Shown: one piece after another, positions 11,950-24,261 of the stretch
Layout: each line of letters begins with the position of its first letter
How positions within the stretch are numbered: position 1 is the first letter of the stretch
Source of the DNA: Malacoraja senta
Taxonomy: Eukaryota
Length of the DNA: 64,000 nt
Direction: 5' to 3'
Assembly: GCA_038087875.1 (NCBI GenBank)
Contig: CM075988.1
Span: 21,268,001-21,332,000, forward strand
Made by a program: the position numbers and the translations under genes
Notes under the pieces: model-generated
Database searches by the model: none
Told to the model about the DNA's origin: nothing
What the model saw: only the letters and a program-made list of their open reading frames with translations

Positions 11950-12355
11950 GAGTGTTTGACGGCACCGGGCCTGGACTCGCTGGAGTTTAGGAGGATGAGC
12001 GGGGATCTCATGAGACTTTGCCGAATGGTGAAAGGCCTGGGTAGGGTGGATGTGGAGAGGATGTTTCCACTAGTGGGAGAGTCTAGGACCATTGGGCAGA
12101 GCCTCAGAATAAAAGGGCATTCCTTTAGAAAAATGAGGAGGAATTTCTTTAGCCAGAGGGTGGTGAATCTGTGGAGTTAATTGCCACAGACCAAGGCCAA
12201 GTCAATGGATATTTTTAAGGCGGAGATTGACAGATTCTTGATTAGTGCGGGTGTCTAGAGTTATGGGGAGAAGGCAGGAGAATGGGGTTGAGAGGGAAAG
12301 ATAGATCAGGCATGACTCAATGGGCCGAATGGTCTAATTCTGTGCCTATGATTTA
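11950..12355 (+). mobile_element. CR1-type LINE 3' fragment
   Basis: GLDSLEFRRMSGDL...RNFFSQRVVNLW. Confidence 0.85.
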
Positions 12356-12433
12356 TGATCATTGAACAAACTTGGATCACAGTTAAGTTCACCCAAGGCA
12401 GGTGTGAATTCAAGAGGCCAGAAATGGACAGTG

Positions 12434-12815
12434 AGACAATAGACAATAGGTGCAGGGGTAGGCCATTCGGCCCTTCGAGCCAGCACCGCCATTCACTGTG
12501 ATCATGGCTGATCATCCACAATCAGTACCCCGTTCCTACCTTCTCCCCATATCCCTTCACTCTGCTATCTTCAAGAGCCCTATCTAACTCTCTCTTGAAA
12601 GCATCCAGAGACTTGGCCTCCACTGCCTTCTGAGGCAGAGAATTCCACGGATTCACAACTCTCTGGGTGAAAACGTTTTTCCTCATCTCTGTTCTAAATG
12701 GCTTGCCCCTTATTCTTAAACTGTGGCCCCTGGTTCTGGACTTCCCCCAACATCGGGAACATGTTTCCTGCCTCTAGAGTGTCCAATCCCTTAATAATCT
12801 TATATGTTTCAATAA
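12434..12815 (-). mobile_element. CR1-type LINE 3' fragment
   Basis: LIETYKIIKGLDTLEAGNMFPMLGE on minus; same tail as 7100-7486. Confidence 0.9.
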
Positions 12816-13614
12816 GTATGTGAAGGAGAGTACTACGTTTAGATCTACTATTGTCCCGTGTACCGAGGTACAGTGGGAAGCTTGTTATGGATGCTAACCA
12901 AACAAGACACCTAATACTATATATAGTGTGTAGAAAAAACTTGACCCGCACATCTCATTTAAACTTTGCCCCTTGCACCTTAAACCCAGTCTCGAGTCTT
13001 TGATAGTTCCACCTTGGGAAAGGTTTCTGACCACAGACTGAAGGACCCGACCCGGAACGTCACCCATTCCTTCTCTCCAGAGATGCTGCCTGTCCCGCTG
13101 AGTCACTCCAGCATTTTGTGTCCATCTTCGGTTTAAAACAGCATCTGCAGTTCCTTCCCACATAAAGGTTTCTGGCTGTTACAACCCAACTATTCTGAAG
13201 AAGAAGTTACCCAGAGAGTGGTGGGGACCTGGGGTGGTGGTGGTGGTGGAGGCAGATACGATAGTGGCGTGGAAGAGGCTTTAGATGGGCACATGAATGC
13301 AGGGAATAGAGGGATATGGATCATGTACGGTTTCACTTGGCATCATAGACGCACAGTGTCTCAACCTGAAGATGGGTCCTGAACTGAAACGTCACCCGTC
13401 CTTTTTCTCCAGGGATGCTGCCTGACCCGCTGAGTTACTCCAGCCCTTTGTGTCTATCTTCAGTGTATACCAACATCTGCAGTTCCTTTCGACACCGAAC
13501 TTGGCACCATGTTTGGCACAGACATTGTGGGCTGAAGGGCCGTGTGCCGTACTGTTCCATGATCTAAGGGTCTTGACACAAAAAGTCGTCCTATCTTTTC
13601 CATTCTTTTCACAG

Positions 13615-13810
13615 ACAAAGACACAAAAAGCTGGAGTAACTCAGAGGGACAAGCAGCATCTCTGGAGAGAAGGAATGGGTGAAGTGTGAAGAAGGGTCTC
13701 GACCCAAAACGTCGCCCATTCCTTCTCTCCAGAGATGCTGCCTGACCGCTGAGTTACTCCAGCATTTTGTGTCTACCTTCGATTTAAACCAGCATCTGCA
13801 GTTCCTTCCT
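13615..13810. mobile_element. Penelope-derived foldback element
   Basis: Inverted arms around GAAGAAGGGTCTCGACCC, ending CCAGCATCTGCAGTTCCTTC. Confidence 0.75.
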
Positions 13811-16055
13811 GGCACGGACATGCGTGACCTGCTGAATTGGTCCTGCACTCAGTTTTGTTCAAGATTCCAGCCTCTTGCGTTTCCAACAAAACCATCCTGT
13901 TTGTTCTTCAGTAACTATTTCCAATCCCCATTCTTCATTCCACGGCATCACTCCAATTGCCTGCTGACTCTGACACCTAGATGAACGAGGAGACCCCAGT
14001 CCAAACCTGCCCCTACGAGACCTTTGGAGTCTGATGTGGCACGCAGCGGCTTCCGACAGATTGAATTGAAAGTGCAAGGTTTACGCTCCATCTTTAGAGA
14101 TTAACTCAAGGGCAAATCTTCGCAAACGGACGTGGAGTCTGAAGAGAATGTAAAAGCCCGCGCAAAGGCATAAAGTGCTGGAGTAACTCAGCGAGTCCGG
14201 CAGCATCCTTGGAGAGCATGGAGAGTGCTCTCTGGGTCGAGACCCTTAGAGATAATAGACAATAGACAATAGACAATAGGTGCAGGAGTAGGCCATTCGG
14301 ACCTTCGAGCCAGCACCGCCATTCAATGTGATCATGGCTGATCATCCCCAATCAGTACCCCGTTCCTGCCTTCTCCCCATATCCCCTGACTCCGCTATTT
14401 TTAAGAGCCCTATCTAGCTCTCTCCTGAAAGCATGTAAACAGGTCCTTTGGCCCACTAAGTCCACGACGACCAGCGAACACCTCCATACACAAGTTCCAT
14501 CCCACACGCTAGGGACAATTTACAATTAACCTACAAACCTGCACGTCTATTCGGAGTGTGCGAGAAACAGGGGCACAGGGAGAATGTACAACCTCTATAC
14601 AGACAGCACCTGTTGTCAGGATCGAACCCGGGTCTCTGGCGCTGTAAGGCAGCCATTTTAAGTGATAGGTGGATCCAGGTGAAGATGGGCTGAAGGGCAG
14701 TCAGGTGAGGGAGGGTAGGCTGGACCTAGCAACACTTTCTCAGTCTGACGAAGGGTCTCGACTCAGAACATCACCTATTGTTGTTCTCCAGAGAATAGTG
14801 AAAGGCTTTGGTTGAATGGATGTAGAGAGAATGTTTCCATTAGTGGGAGTGTCTAGGACCAGAGGTCGTAGCCTCAGTATTAAAGGATGTTCTTTTAGGA
14901 AGGAGCTGAGGAGATTTTTTTTTAATTCAGAGGGTGGTGAATCGGTGGAAATCTTTGCCACAGACGGCTGTGGAGGCCAAGTCAGTGGATATTTTTAAGG
15001 CAGAGATGGATAGATTCTTGATTAGTACGGGTGTCAGTTATGGAGAGAAGGCAGGAGAATGGGGTTAGGAGAGATAGATTACTAATGATTGGATGGCAGA
15101 GGAGTCTTGATGGGCTGAATGGCCTAATTCTACTAGTATACCTTATGACCCGCTGAGTTACTCCAGCTTTTTGTGTCTATCTTCGGTTTAAGCCAGCATT
15201 TGCAGTTCCTTTGTGTAAGAAGCTGGTAAAATCGAAGGTAGACACAAAATGCTGGAATAACTCAGCGGGTGAGGCAGCATCTCTGGAGAGAAGGAATGGG
15301 CGACGTCGGTTGTTCCTTCTCTCCAGAGATGCTGCCTTACCCGCTGAGTTACTCCAGCATTTTGTGTCTCTCTGCAGTTCCTTCCTACACAGGCTGCTCT
15401 GGACTGTTCTCTGTTCTGTATTCTAATATTCTAAAAAGTCAGCACTACAAAAAGAGCAAAAGTGTGCCATTCTAAATAGCTGAGGCCCCTTACACCTCCC
15501 ACCTCCCCTCCCTCCTTGGTCACGCTGCTGCCCGCCATATGGCTAATGGGCTGGGTTGCCTCCCCAGAGCATAGTGTTGCTTCAGCTGTTACAGATTACT
15601 GTGACTTGCGGTAGCAGAGGCAGGAGGTGAAGGGGCTTGGAGCCGAGACTCACTCAACGCCGAAGCTCGCAGACTACCGGTCTGGCACGGCACTCAGCGA
15701 TGGGGCCGTCGCACAGCTTCAGGGCTCCCTGGCCCCGCACGGCCTCCCAACCTGCGGCCCGTACAGCCGGCTCAAGGCCTGTCACGGGAGAAATATCACA
15801 GGAGAGCATGGATTGTGCGTTTCAGGTCCAGACCCTCGGAGAGCTTTGAGATACAGCACGCAAACAGGCCCTTTGGCCCACTACGTCCTTCGTACGGGGA
15901 ATACATCCTCTATCCCAGTGTGTGTAGGGTGGAGGACGCGCGGGCATCAGTGGAAACCAGTAGGATAGTGTTAATGCGCGGGGATCGCCGGTCGGCACAG
16001 ACTCGGTGGGCCGAAGGGCCTGTTTCCTCGCTGTATCTCTAAACTAAAAAACTAC

Positions 16056-16355
16056 GGGCGGCACGGTGGCGCAGCGGTAGAGTTACTGCCTTGCAGCACC
16101 AGCGTCCCAGGTTCGATCCTGACTACGGGTGCTGTCTGTATGTTCTCTCCGTGACCTGCGTGGGGTTTTCTCCGAAATCTTCGGTTTCTTCCCACGCTCC
16201 AAAGACGTGCAGGTTTGTAGGTTAATTGGCTTGGCATCAATGTAAAAATTGTCCCCGAGTGTGCGTAGGGTAGTGTTGGTGTTTGGGGATCGCCGGACGG
16301 CGTGAACTCGATGGGCCGAAGGGCCTGTTTTTCCCGCTTTATCTCTAAACTAAAA
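16056..16355 (+). mobile_element. V-SINE (HE1-like), full length
   Basis: GGGCGGCACGGTGGCGCAGCGG head, B-box, V-domain and tail. Confidence 0.9.
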
Positions 16356-16402
16356 CACTAAAATCTGCTGAGCCTGTCAGTTGCACAGTACTTTTTTTTA
16401 TT

Positions 16403-17123
16403 GCAGATGCAGATCTGCAGATGCTGGAAAATCGAAGGTAGACAAAAGTGCTGGAGAAACTCAGCGGGTGCAGCAGCATCTATGGAGCGAAGGAAATAGG
16501 CAACGTTTCGGGCCGAAACCCGAAAGGGTTTCGGCCCGAAACGTTGCCTATTTCCTTCAGGGTTTCGGGCCGAAACGTTGCCTATTTCCTTCAGGGTTTC
16601 GGGCCGAAACGTTGCCTATTTCCTTCAGGGTTTCAGGGCGAAACGTTGCCTATTTCCTTCAGGGTTTCGGGCCGAAACGTTGCCTATTTCCTTCAGGGTT
16701 TCAGGGCGAAACGTTGCCTATTTCCTTCAGGGTTTCGGCCGAAACGTTGCCTATTTCCTTCAGGGTTTCGGGGCGAAACGTTGCCTATTTCCTTCAGGGT
16801 TTCGGGCCGAAACGTTGCCTATTTCCTTCAGGGGTTTCGGGGCGAAACGTTGCCTATTTCCTTCAGGGTTTCGGGCCGAAACGTTGCCTATTTCCTTCAG
16901 GGTTTCGGGGCGAAACGTTGCCTATTTCCTTCAGGGTTTCGGGCCGAAACGTTGCCTATTTCCTTCAGGGTTTCGGGGCGAAACGTTGCCTATTTCCTTC
17001 AGGGTTTCGGGGCGAAACGTTGCCTATTTCCTTCAGGGTTTCGGGCCGAAACGTTGCCTATTTCCTTCGCTCCATAGATGCTGCTGTACCCGCTGAGTTT
17101 CTCCAGCACTTTTGTCCACCTTC
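16403..17123. mobile_element. Penelope-derived foldback element with an internal tandem array
   Basis: Inverted ~85-bp arms; flanking TSD-like CAGTAC(T)nATT at 16386-16402 and 17124-17137. Confidence 0.8.
16525..17068 (+). repeat. Minisatellite, 16 x ~34 bp (AGGGTTTCGGGCCGAAACGTTGCCTATTTCCTTC)
   Basis: 16 head-to-tail units counted directly; no spacers. Confidence 0.97.
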
Positions 17124-18407
17124 CAGTACTTTTTATTCTCAGCCATTTGAAAAACCTTGCATATAATATACACCACCCTAGGTCCCACAATGCTATGTAA
17201 CTGCTCCATGGAATAGATCCACCTCCTTAATCTCACCTGATCCTGTGCATCTCAGTCTCAACCCGCCCGGTACCAAACTCTCAGCCACGCTGCAGTGACC
17301 TGAGATCTCGACCTCACCGGAACTCACACGACCGATCGGCGGCTCGAGTTTTCCCCTGCGGCCGGGGCTCCGGAACTCCGTCTCAGACAGACCGGGCAGA
17401 TCCGTTCCCGTGGCCGACTTCCGCGGCCTCGCCAAACCCCGGACCTCCGTTGGTCCCGCATAATGGAGTCTCACTTTAAAGCTCAAGTGTCCTCTAGTCT
17501 TTGACATTTCCACCCCCGGGGGGAACAGTGTTCCGACTGTCTACCCCATCCATGCCTCTCCTAGTTTCACAAACTTCTACCAGGTCTCCCTTCAGCTTCC
17601 CACACTTGATTTTTGACTTTCAAGCTGTTAGAAAGAAAGATGCTGGTTTGCTAAGTGCCGTGACCTTTTGAATCAATGTTTAGCTGTCAGTATTAATCAA
17701 TACCTTATGCCAATCGGATCCAAGGCTATTGGGGTATAGACCGTGTCCGGAAAAAACAATGGAACAGTGTCAACAGGTGAGACTAGGTCGAAGCCAGGTG
17801 TCACCCATTTATGGCAATTGGGTCTTCATCTATGCTGCCTTTTCACTTCAGGGATATATTGGTGCAACTGGTAGAGTTGCTCCCTCACAGCACCAGAGAA
17901 TCAGGTTCGATTCTGACTACGGGTGCTGTCTGTACGGAGTTTGCGCGTTCTCCCCGTGACCGCGTGGGTTTCCTCCGTGCGCTACGGTTTACACCCGCAC
18001 CTCAAAGACGTGCGGTTTTGTAAGTTAATTTGCCGCTGTAAAACTGGCCCCGAGTGTGCAAGGAGTGTGTGAGAAAGTGGGATAACTTAGAACTAGTGTG
18101 AACGGGTGATCTGGTGGTACGGCACGGACTCAATGGGCTGAAGGGCCTGTTTCCTTGCTCTCTCTCTCTCTCTCTCCCCAAAGTAAACTAAACTAGAACA
18201 AGGTGCTTGTGGCGCTGGGACAAACATTGGAACCAAGACCAAAAATCTCACGTGAAATGGATTCCGTGTTTTGGGAATCATTGGACGAATTTAGTTTAGT
18301 TCAGAGATACAGCGAGAAAACAGGCCCTTCGGCCCATCGAGTCAGTATCGACAAGCGATCATCCGTTCACATGAGTCCTATCCTGCACACAACAGGGACA
18401 ATCTAAT

Positions 18408-18895
18408 TACAAGGTTAATTCCCGGGATGGCGGGACTGTCATATGCTAAGAGAATGGAGCGGCTGGGCTTGTACACTCTGGAGTTTAGAAGGATGAGAGG
18501 GTTCTCATTGAAACATAAGATTGTTAAGGGCTTGGACACACTAGAGGCAGGAAACATGTCCCTGATGTTGGGGGAGTCCAGAACCAGGGGCCACACAGTT
18601 TAAGAATAAGGAGTAAGCCATTTAGAACGGAGACGAGGAAACACTTTTTCTCACAGAGAGTGGTGAGCGTGTGGAATTCTCTGCCTCAGAGGGCGGTGGA
18701 GGCGGGTTCTCTGGATGCTTTCAAGAGAGAGCTAGATAGGGCTCTTAAAAATAGCGGAGTCAGGGGATATGGGGAGAAGGCAGGAACGGGGTACTGATTG
18801 GGGATGATGAGCCATGATCACATTGAATGGCGGTGCTGGCTCGAAGGGCCGAATGGCCTACTCCTGCACCTATTGTCTATTGTCCATTGTCTATT
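18408..18895 (+). mobile_element. CR1-type LINE 3' fragment inserted in a V-SINE
   Basis: RLIPGMAGLSY...WNSLP plus tail; SINE halves at ~18290-18400 and ~18900-18985. Confidence 0.9.
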
Positions 18896-19279
18896 ATCTA
18901 CAGACATTATACAGACAGCACCCATAGTCAGGATCGAACCCGGGCTGTGAGGCAGCAACTCTACCGCTGTGCCACCGTGCCGCCCAGTTTGTTAAGAGTT
19001 TATTCGCAGAGCTTCCCCTGCTCCTGAGGAGCTGCAGTAACAATGGGGGGGGAAGGAAATATTGTGTGAGTGGCCAAGAGATCCCAGTTCATGGCAGGGT
19101 AATCCAAGGCATCAATGCTTCCATTGTGCCGGGCAGAACAAGCGGTAAATTTCAGGACGAGTTGGTGACCCTCCACACAACCTCTTGCCTGGAAACGAAC
19201 AAATCAACATGTCTGGAATTCCTCAAAATTAAAATGATGAAAACACACAATAATTTTCTGTGTTGTATCCCCCCCCCCC

Positions 19280-19310
<31 letters not shown>

Positions 19311-19495
19311 ACAAACGAAGGCAAATAGAGTTCAGTGCATTTTATCCAATCTTTCACGGCATAGTGATCACTATTCAATGCAAGGAAAACAAATAACATT
19401 CAGGGCGGCTGGGTGGTGCAGCGAGTTGCTGGCTTACAGCGCCAGAGACCCTGGTTCAATCCTGACTACGGCTGCTGTCTGTACGTAGTTTATAT

Positions 19496-19903
19496 CAAAG
19501 ATCCTATAGCGAGCAAGATAGTCCACTCGACGAAAAAGACGTAGTACGGTCATGGGCAGATTCATGGGTAATTTTCGGCCCCATTTCCGTAACCGACTTC
19601 CGTTTCCGCACCAAAGATCCCACCACAGCGGAGCAAAGATAACTAGTGCGGAGACGGAAGCCGGTTACGGAAACATCCTCGTAAAAATAAAAGTTATTTG
19701 GTAAAAATCTTCTCCTCATTTTCAGAATTTTAATTTATTAACACAAACTGTTCCCCCGCAACGTTGATTACACTGCGAGTCGGGTCGGGTCGGGTTACGG
19801 AAATGGATGAAAAAAAGGCTCACGTTCCGTTCCGTTGCGTACTACACGTCAGCCCATTGCATTTAGCAGGAGTGGTCTATCTTGCTCCGCTATAGGATCT
19901 TTG
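19496..19903. mobile_element. MITE with ~33-bp TIRs and an 8-bp TSD (hAT-like)
   Basis: TIR CAAAGATCCTATAGCG(G)AGCAAGATAG(T/A)CCACTC; TSD GTTTATAT at 19488-19495 and 19904-19911; second copy at 28705-29090. Confidence 0.85.
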
Positions 19904-21204
19904 GTTTATATATAACCATATATAACCATATAACAATTACAGCACAGAAACAGGCCATCTCGACCCTTCTAGTCCGTGCCGAACACGTATTCTCCCCTAG
20001 TCCCATATACCTGCGCTCAGACCATAACCCTCCATTCCTTTCCCGTCCATATAACTATCCAATTTATTTTTAAATGATAAAAACAAATATATGTTCTCCC
20101 TGTGACCTGCGTGGGTTTTCTCCAGGTGCTCCGGTTTCCGCCCACACTCCAAAAGACGTACAGGTTTGTAGGTTAATTGGATTCTGTAGATTGTGAATCT
20201 AGGACAGTGCTAGTGTATGGGGGGGGGGGGGGAGGGGGGTGGGGGCTTCGCCAGTTCCCGGACCTGCCAACTTTACCACAGTGGACATCCACACATGCGC
20301 AAGAAGGGTCTCGACCCAAAAACGTCACCCATTCCTTCTATCCAGAGACGCTGCCTGTCCCACTGAGTTACTCCACCATTTCTGCGTCTATCTTCACACA
20401 AAGGCAAGATTTTCAATCTGCTTCGAGTGCTCTTTACCCATGAAATTCCTATCATTCCGTAGCTTGGGATGGCCTTGCATCGGTCGCCAACTGTTCCTGA
20501 CACAAATGTTTTCCATGTCAGATGCAGAACTGAGAGCACTAGTGTTTGTTTCGTGGGCCTCAGTCCAAGCACCGTATCTTCTAAAGGCACCTCGCGTTGT
20601 GGCCATGGGGGAGAGTTAGATCAGCCATGATTGAATGGTAGCCCTCGATGGGTCGAATGGCCTAATTCTGCTCCTGTCAGTTATGAATTCACGAAGTTAT
20701 GCCGGCGTTTACGTGCTTGGAAACCAGCGCACAACTCAACAATGCGTAAATTAAACCACGTACCCGGCTACGCAGTCAGCAGTAACTTTGAACGCATTAT
20801 TCCAAACATGCCAGCGTCTAAATCAAGCTTTGGTATTAACGGAACAGGCAAGTTATTTCGACAGCGCTTAAATCGCACACGTGTAATACGTGAGATCCCG
20901 GTACCAAATAATTTTCTGCCGACCTACAAACCAAAAATATCACATGTTATGACAAAGGGAACTCTTGCTGAACTGTCCGGGTGCAAAGATGTGGAAAATA
21001 TAATCTTGTCATCTTATATTCATTAGCAAGCCAGTTGGCAGAAGTAATAGTGGACACAGTAAATGTTCTTTCAATACACTGCAGCCCTAACTCTGTCAGA
21101 GTGCAAGTTCTTAGACGACAAGACAATTGTCCCTCATTGATAAGACACAAATTGCTGAATTAAGCTTTGGTAAAAAACCAACATCTACAGTTCCTATTTA
21201 CCGC

Positions 21205-21650
21205 CTGAACCTACCTGATCTCCCGGTTGCCAAACACTTTAATTCCCCTTCCCACTGACCTCTCTGTCCTCGGTCTCCTCCATTGTCAGTGAGGCTAATT
21301 GGAGGAACAGCATCTCATATTTCGCTTGAGTAGCTTCCAACCCAGTGGTATGATTATTGATTTCTCTCACTTCAAGCTCTCTCTATCCCTCCCCCACCCA
21401 AGTTTCACCAGCTTCTCGTTATCACCCAACAAACAGCCAACAATGCCAGTTTCCTTTCTCATTGTGACTTTTTTGCATAGCTTTAATTCATTGTTCAATA
21501 TCTCTCTATCATCGTCATCATCTATATCTCTCGTTTCCCTTTCCCCTGACTTTCAGTCTGAAGAAGGGTCTCGACCCGAAACGTCACCCATTCCTTCTCT
21601 CCAGAGATGCTGCCTGTCCTGCTGAGTTACTCCTGCATTTTGTGTCTATG
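21205..21650 (+). mobile_element. Penelope-like element 3' fragment: GIY-YIG endonuclease C-terminus, 3' UTR and hammerhead-like motif
   Basis: PDLPVAKHFNSPSH...EEQHLIFRLSSFQPSGMIIDFSHFK (frameshifted) runs into the same arm sequence used by the foldback elements. Confidence 0.85.
21558..21585 (+). ncRNA. Minimal hammerhead-ribozyme-like motif
   Basis: CTGAAGA-A-GGGT(CTCG)ACCC-GAAA-CG-TC: both core boxes and helix II present, palindromic ACGT helix III; helix I only ~2 bp. Confidence 0.5.
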
Positions 21651-22285
21651 GTTTTCAAGGTGTTTTTTTTACGGTATCTCAATGCATCCAACAATAATAA
21701 ACCAATACCAAAAATATTTTTCGAAGAAGGGCCTCGGTCCGAAACGTCACCTATTCCTTTTCTCCAGAGATGCTGTCTGGCCCGCTGAGTTACTCCAGCA
21801 CTTTATGTCTATCTTTGGGATAGTTTATACTTTGTCAAAGGGTTCAGGAGAGGTGGCTGAGACATTGAGAGTGTGTGGCGTTTAGCTTGGTGATAAGTGT
21901 TATCTCTGAAGGCACACTAATACACTGGGTCAATAGGGGTAATTGGTTTCAATGTCATGCGGCTGTCTAGCCTATTTGGTTTTCCATTTTGGTTCCTAAG
22001 TCCGCCTGAGATTATCTGAACCATATTTGCTTCAGGCCATTTTGTAAGTGGATGCACAATTTACCGAACGCTGACTTTAACAGAACCGAAGGCACCAGCG
22101 ACTGCAGATGCTGGAATCGAGTTAAACACAAAAGTGCTGGAGGAACTCGGCACATTAGGGAAATGTTCAGATTCAGGTCGGGACCCATGTTTAGTCTGAA
22201 GAAGGGTCCCAACCTTCCGGGAATTCACTTCCTCCACAGATGCTGCCCGACCTGCAGAGTTAGACTTTAGAGATACAGTGCGGAA

Positions 22286-22845
22286 ACCCTGACTCCGCTA
22301 TCTTTAAGAGCTCTATCTAACTCTCTCTTGAAAGCATCCAGAGAATTGGCCTCCACTGCCTTCTGAATTCCCACATATTCACAACTCTCTGGGTGAAAAG
22401 GTTTTTCCTCATCTCCGTTCTAAATGGCCTACCCCTTATTCTAAACTGCGACCCCTGGTTCTGGATTCCCCTAACATTGGAAACATGTTACCTGCCTCTA
22501 GCATGTCCAATCCCTTAATAATCTTGTATGTTTCAATAAGATCCCCTTGCATCCTTCTAAACTCCAGAGTATAGAAGCCCAGCCGCTCCATTCTACCAAC
22601 ATATGACAGTCCCGCCATCCTGGGAATTAACCTTGTGAACCTACGCTGCACTCCCTCAATAGCAAGAATGTCCTTCCTCAAATGTAGAGACCAAAACTGC
22701 ACACAATACTACAGATGTGGTCTCACTAGGGCTCTGTACAACTGCAGAAGGACCTCTTTGCTCCTATACTCAACTCCTCTTGTTATGAAAGCCAACATGC
22801 CATTAGCTTTCTTCACTGCATGCTGTACCTGCATGCTTACTTTCA
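22286..22845 (-). mobile_element. CR1-type LINE ORF2 fragment
   Basis: [55 protein letters not shown]; in-frame stop. Confidence 0.92.
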
Positions 22846-23044
22846 GTACAATGAGTACGGTCGAAGGGCCTGTCTCCCTGCTGTGTGACTCCATCAGCAT
22901 GTTTCCTTCTCCACAGATGCTGCCCGACCTACTGAGCATTCCAGCCTCTGCCTCTGCCGATACTTGGCTTTCACGACCATTGCGCCATTTGTTAGTACCA
23001 GCTGAAAAGATACTCTGACCCCATGAGCCAGATAACGGTTTAAG

Positions 23045-23290
23045 ATGCGTAGGAATGAACTGCAGATGCTGGTTTAATTCGAAGATAAACACAAAATACT
23101 GGAGTAACTCAGCGGGACAGGCAGCATCTCTGGACAGAAGGAATGGGTGACGGTTCGGGTCGAGACCCTTCGTCAGACTGAACTTCAGACACTCTGAAGT
23201 AGGGTCTCGGCCCGAAACGTCACCCGTTCCTTCTCTCCAGAGATGCTGCCTGCCCCGCTGAGTTACCCCAGCATTTTGTGTCTATCTTCG
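23045..23290. mobile_element. Penelope-derived foldback element
   Basis: Long inverted arms with hammerhead-like halves at the centre. Confidence 0.8.
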
Positions 23291-23889
23291 AAAGGTTTGT
23301 TATGCAATCAGTTTGTGTTAGTCACCGCAAATTTGCCATTCGGAAAAGAGACAATGACCATGAAGTCGGTATAAACAGGATCTCATGGTGACATCGGACT
23401 GTTTTCACCAGGGAAACCGTCGCGATGATTCAATTACAGAATTGGAAAACAGCAACAGAAAATGGGAGTCCAGTATCACAGAGGAAGCAAGTCAATTAGT
23501 ACATTGACCTCTAACCACTGCACGTCTTCCACAATGGACAGAATTAGGAAAATTAATTGACAAAAGGAAAAAAAAAAAAATTTCTTTTGGCTCCGATCCC
23601 GTGCCTTTGAAAAGTAAAATAACAGCCAGGGTAACTGCAGAGCACTGCCTTTTATTTAACAATTTTGCATTTTGCAGAGATGAGAATTGCCGGGAAACCA
23701 CTGGGATCTGTGCCTTTGCCAGAATCAGTGCTGTCATATCCTGCACCGCTCACTTGCAAATAACACCACCAGCCAGCTGATTGAAGGTTATATGCCTTCG
23801 AAAATTGCTGGTCCTGATTTCAGCTTGTAGCATTAGTTATGTTCTGAAAATAACATTTGTTTTGCCTTGCACATCTGAATGAGGCTATC

Positions 23890-24160
23890 GGCAATGCCGT
23901 TTAGGACTGAGACGGGGAAAAGCTGTTTTCACCCTGTGGAATTCTCTGCCACGGAAGGCAGTGGAGGCCAATTCACTGGATGTTTTCAAGAGAGAGTTAG
24001 ATAGAGCTCTTAGGGTTAACGGAATCAAGGCATATGGGGAGAAGGCAGGAACGGGGTACTGATTTTTGATGATCAGCCATGATCACATTGAATGGCGTGC
24101 TGGCTCGAAGGGCCGAATGGCTTACTCCTGCACCTGTTGTCTATGTTTCTATGTCTATGT
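23890..24160 (+). mobile_element. CR1-type LINE 3' fragment
   Basis: WNSLP region and (TTTCTATG)-type tail. Confidence 0.85.
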
Positions 24161-24261
24161 TACTAAGATCACCTTGAATCTTTTTCCCAAGTTCCTCTAT
24201 TGGTTACAGCCATGTGGAGGACTATAATTTTCACGGCAAAAAAATATATATAATCTAGGTA

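Noticed and set aside
16525..17068. CRISPR-like array of 34-bp partly palindromic repeats
   Set aside because: Units are contiguous with no unique spacers, there are no cas genes, the context is vertebrate, and the unit derives from the PLE arm.
16381..17166. ORFs of 172-261 aa
   Set aside because: They are translations of the stop-free tandem repeat.
19269..19296. Long poly-C/poly-G runs as functional G-quadruplexes (also ~2930, 11232, 46168)
   Set aside because: Common throughout the window, error-prone in sequencing, and with no supporting context.
20631..21026. 131-aa ORF in mostly unique DNA
   Set aside because: It starts in a CR1 tail at a non-ATG codon, with no recognisable domain or convincing splice sites.
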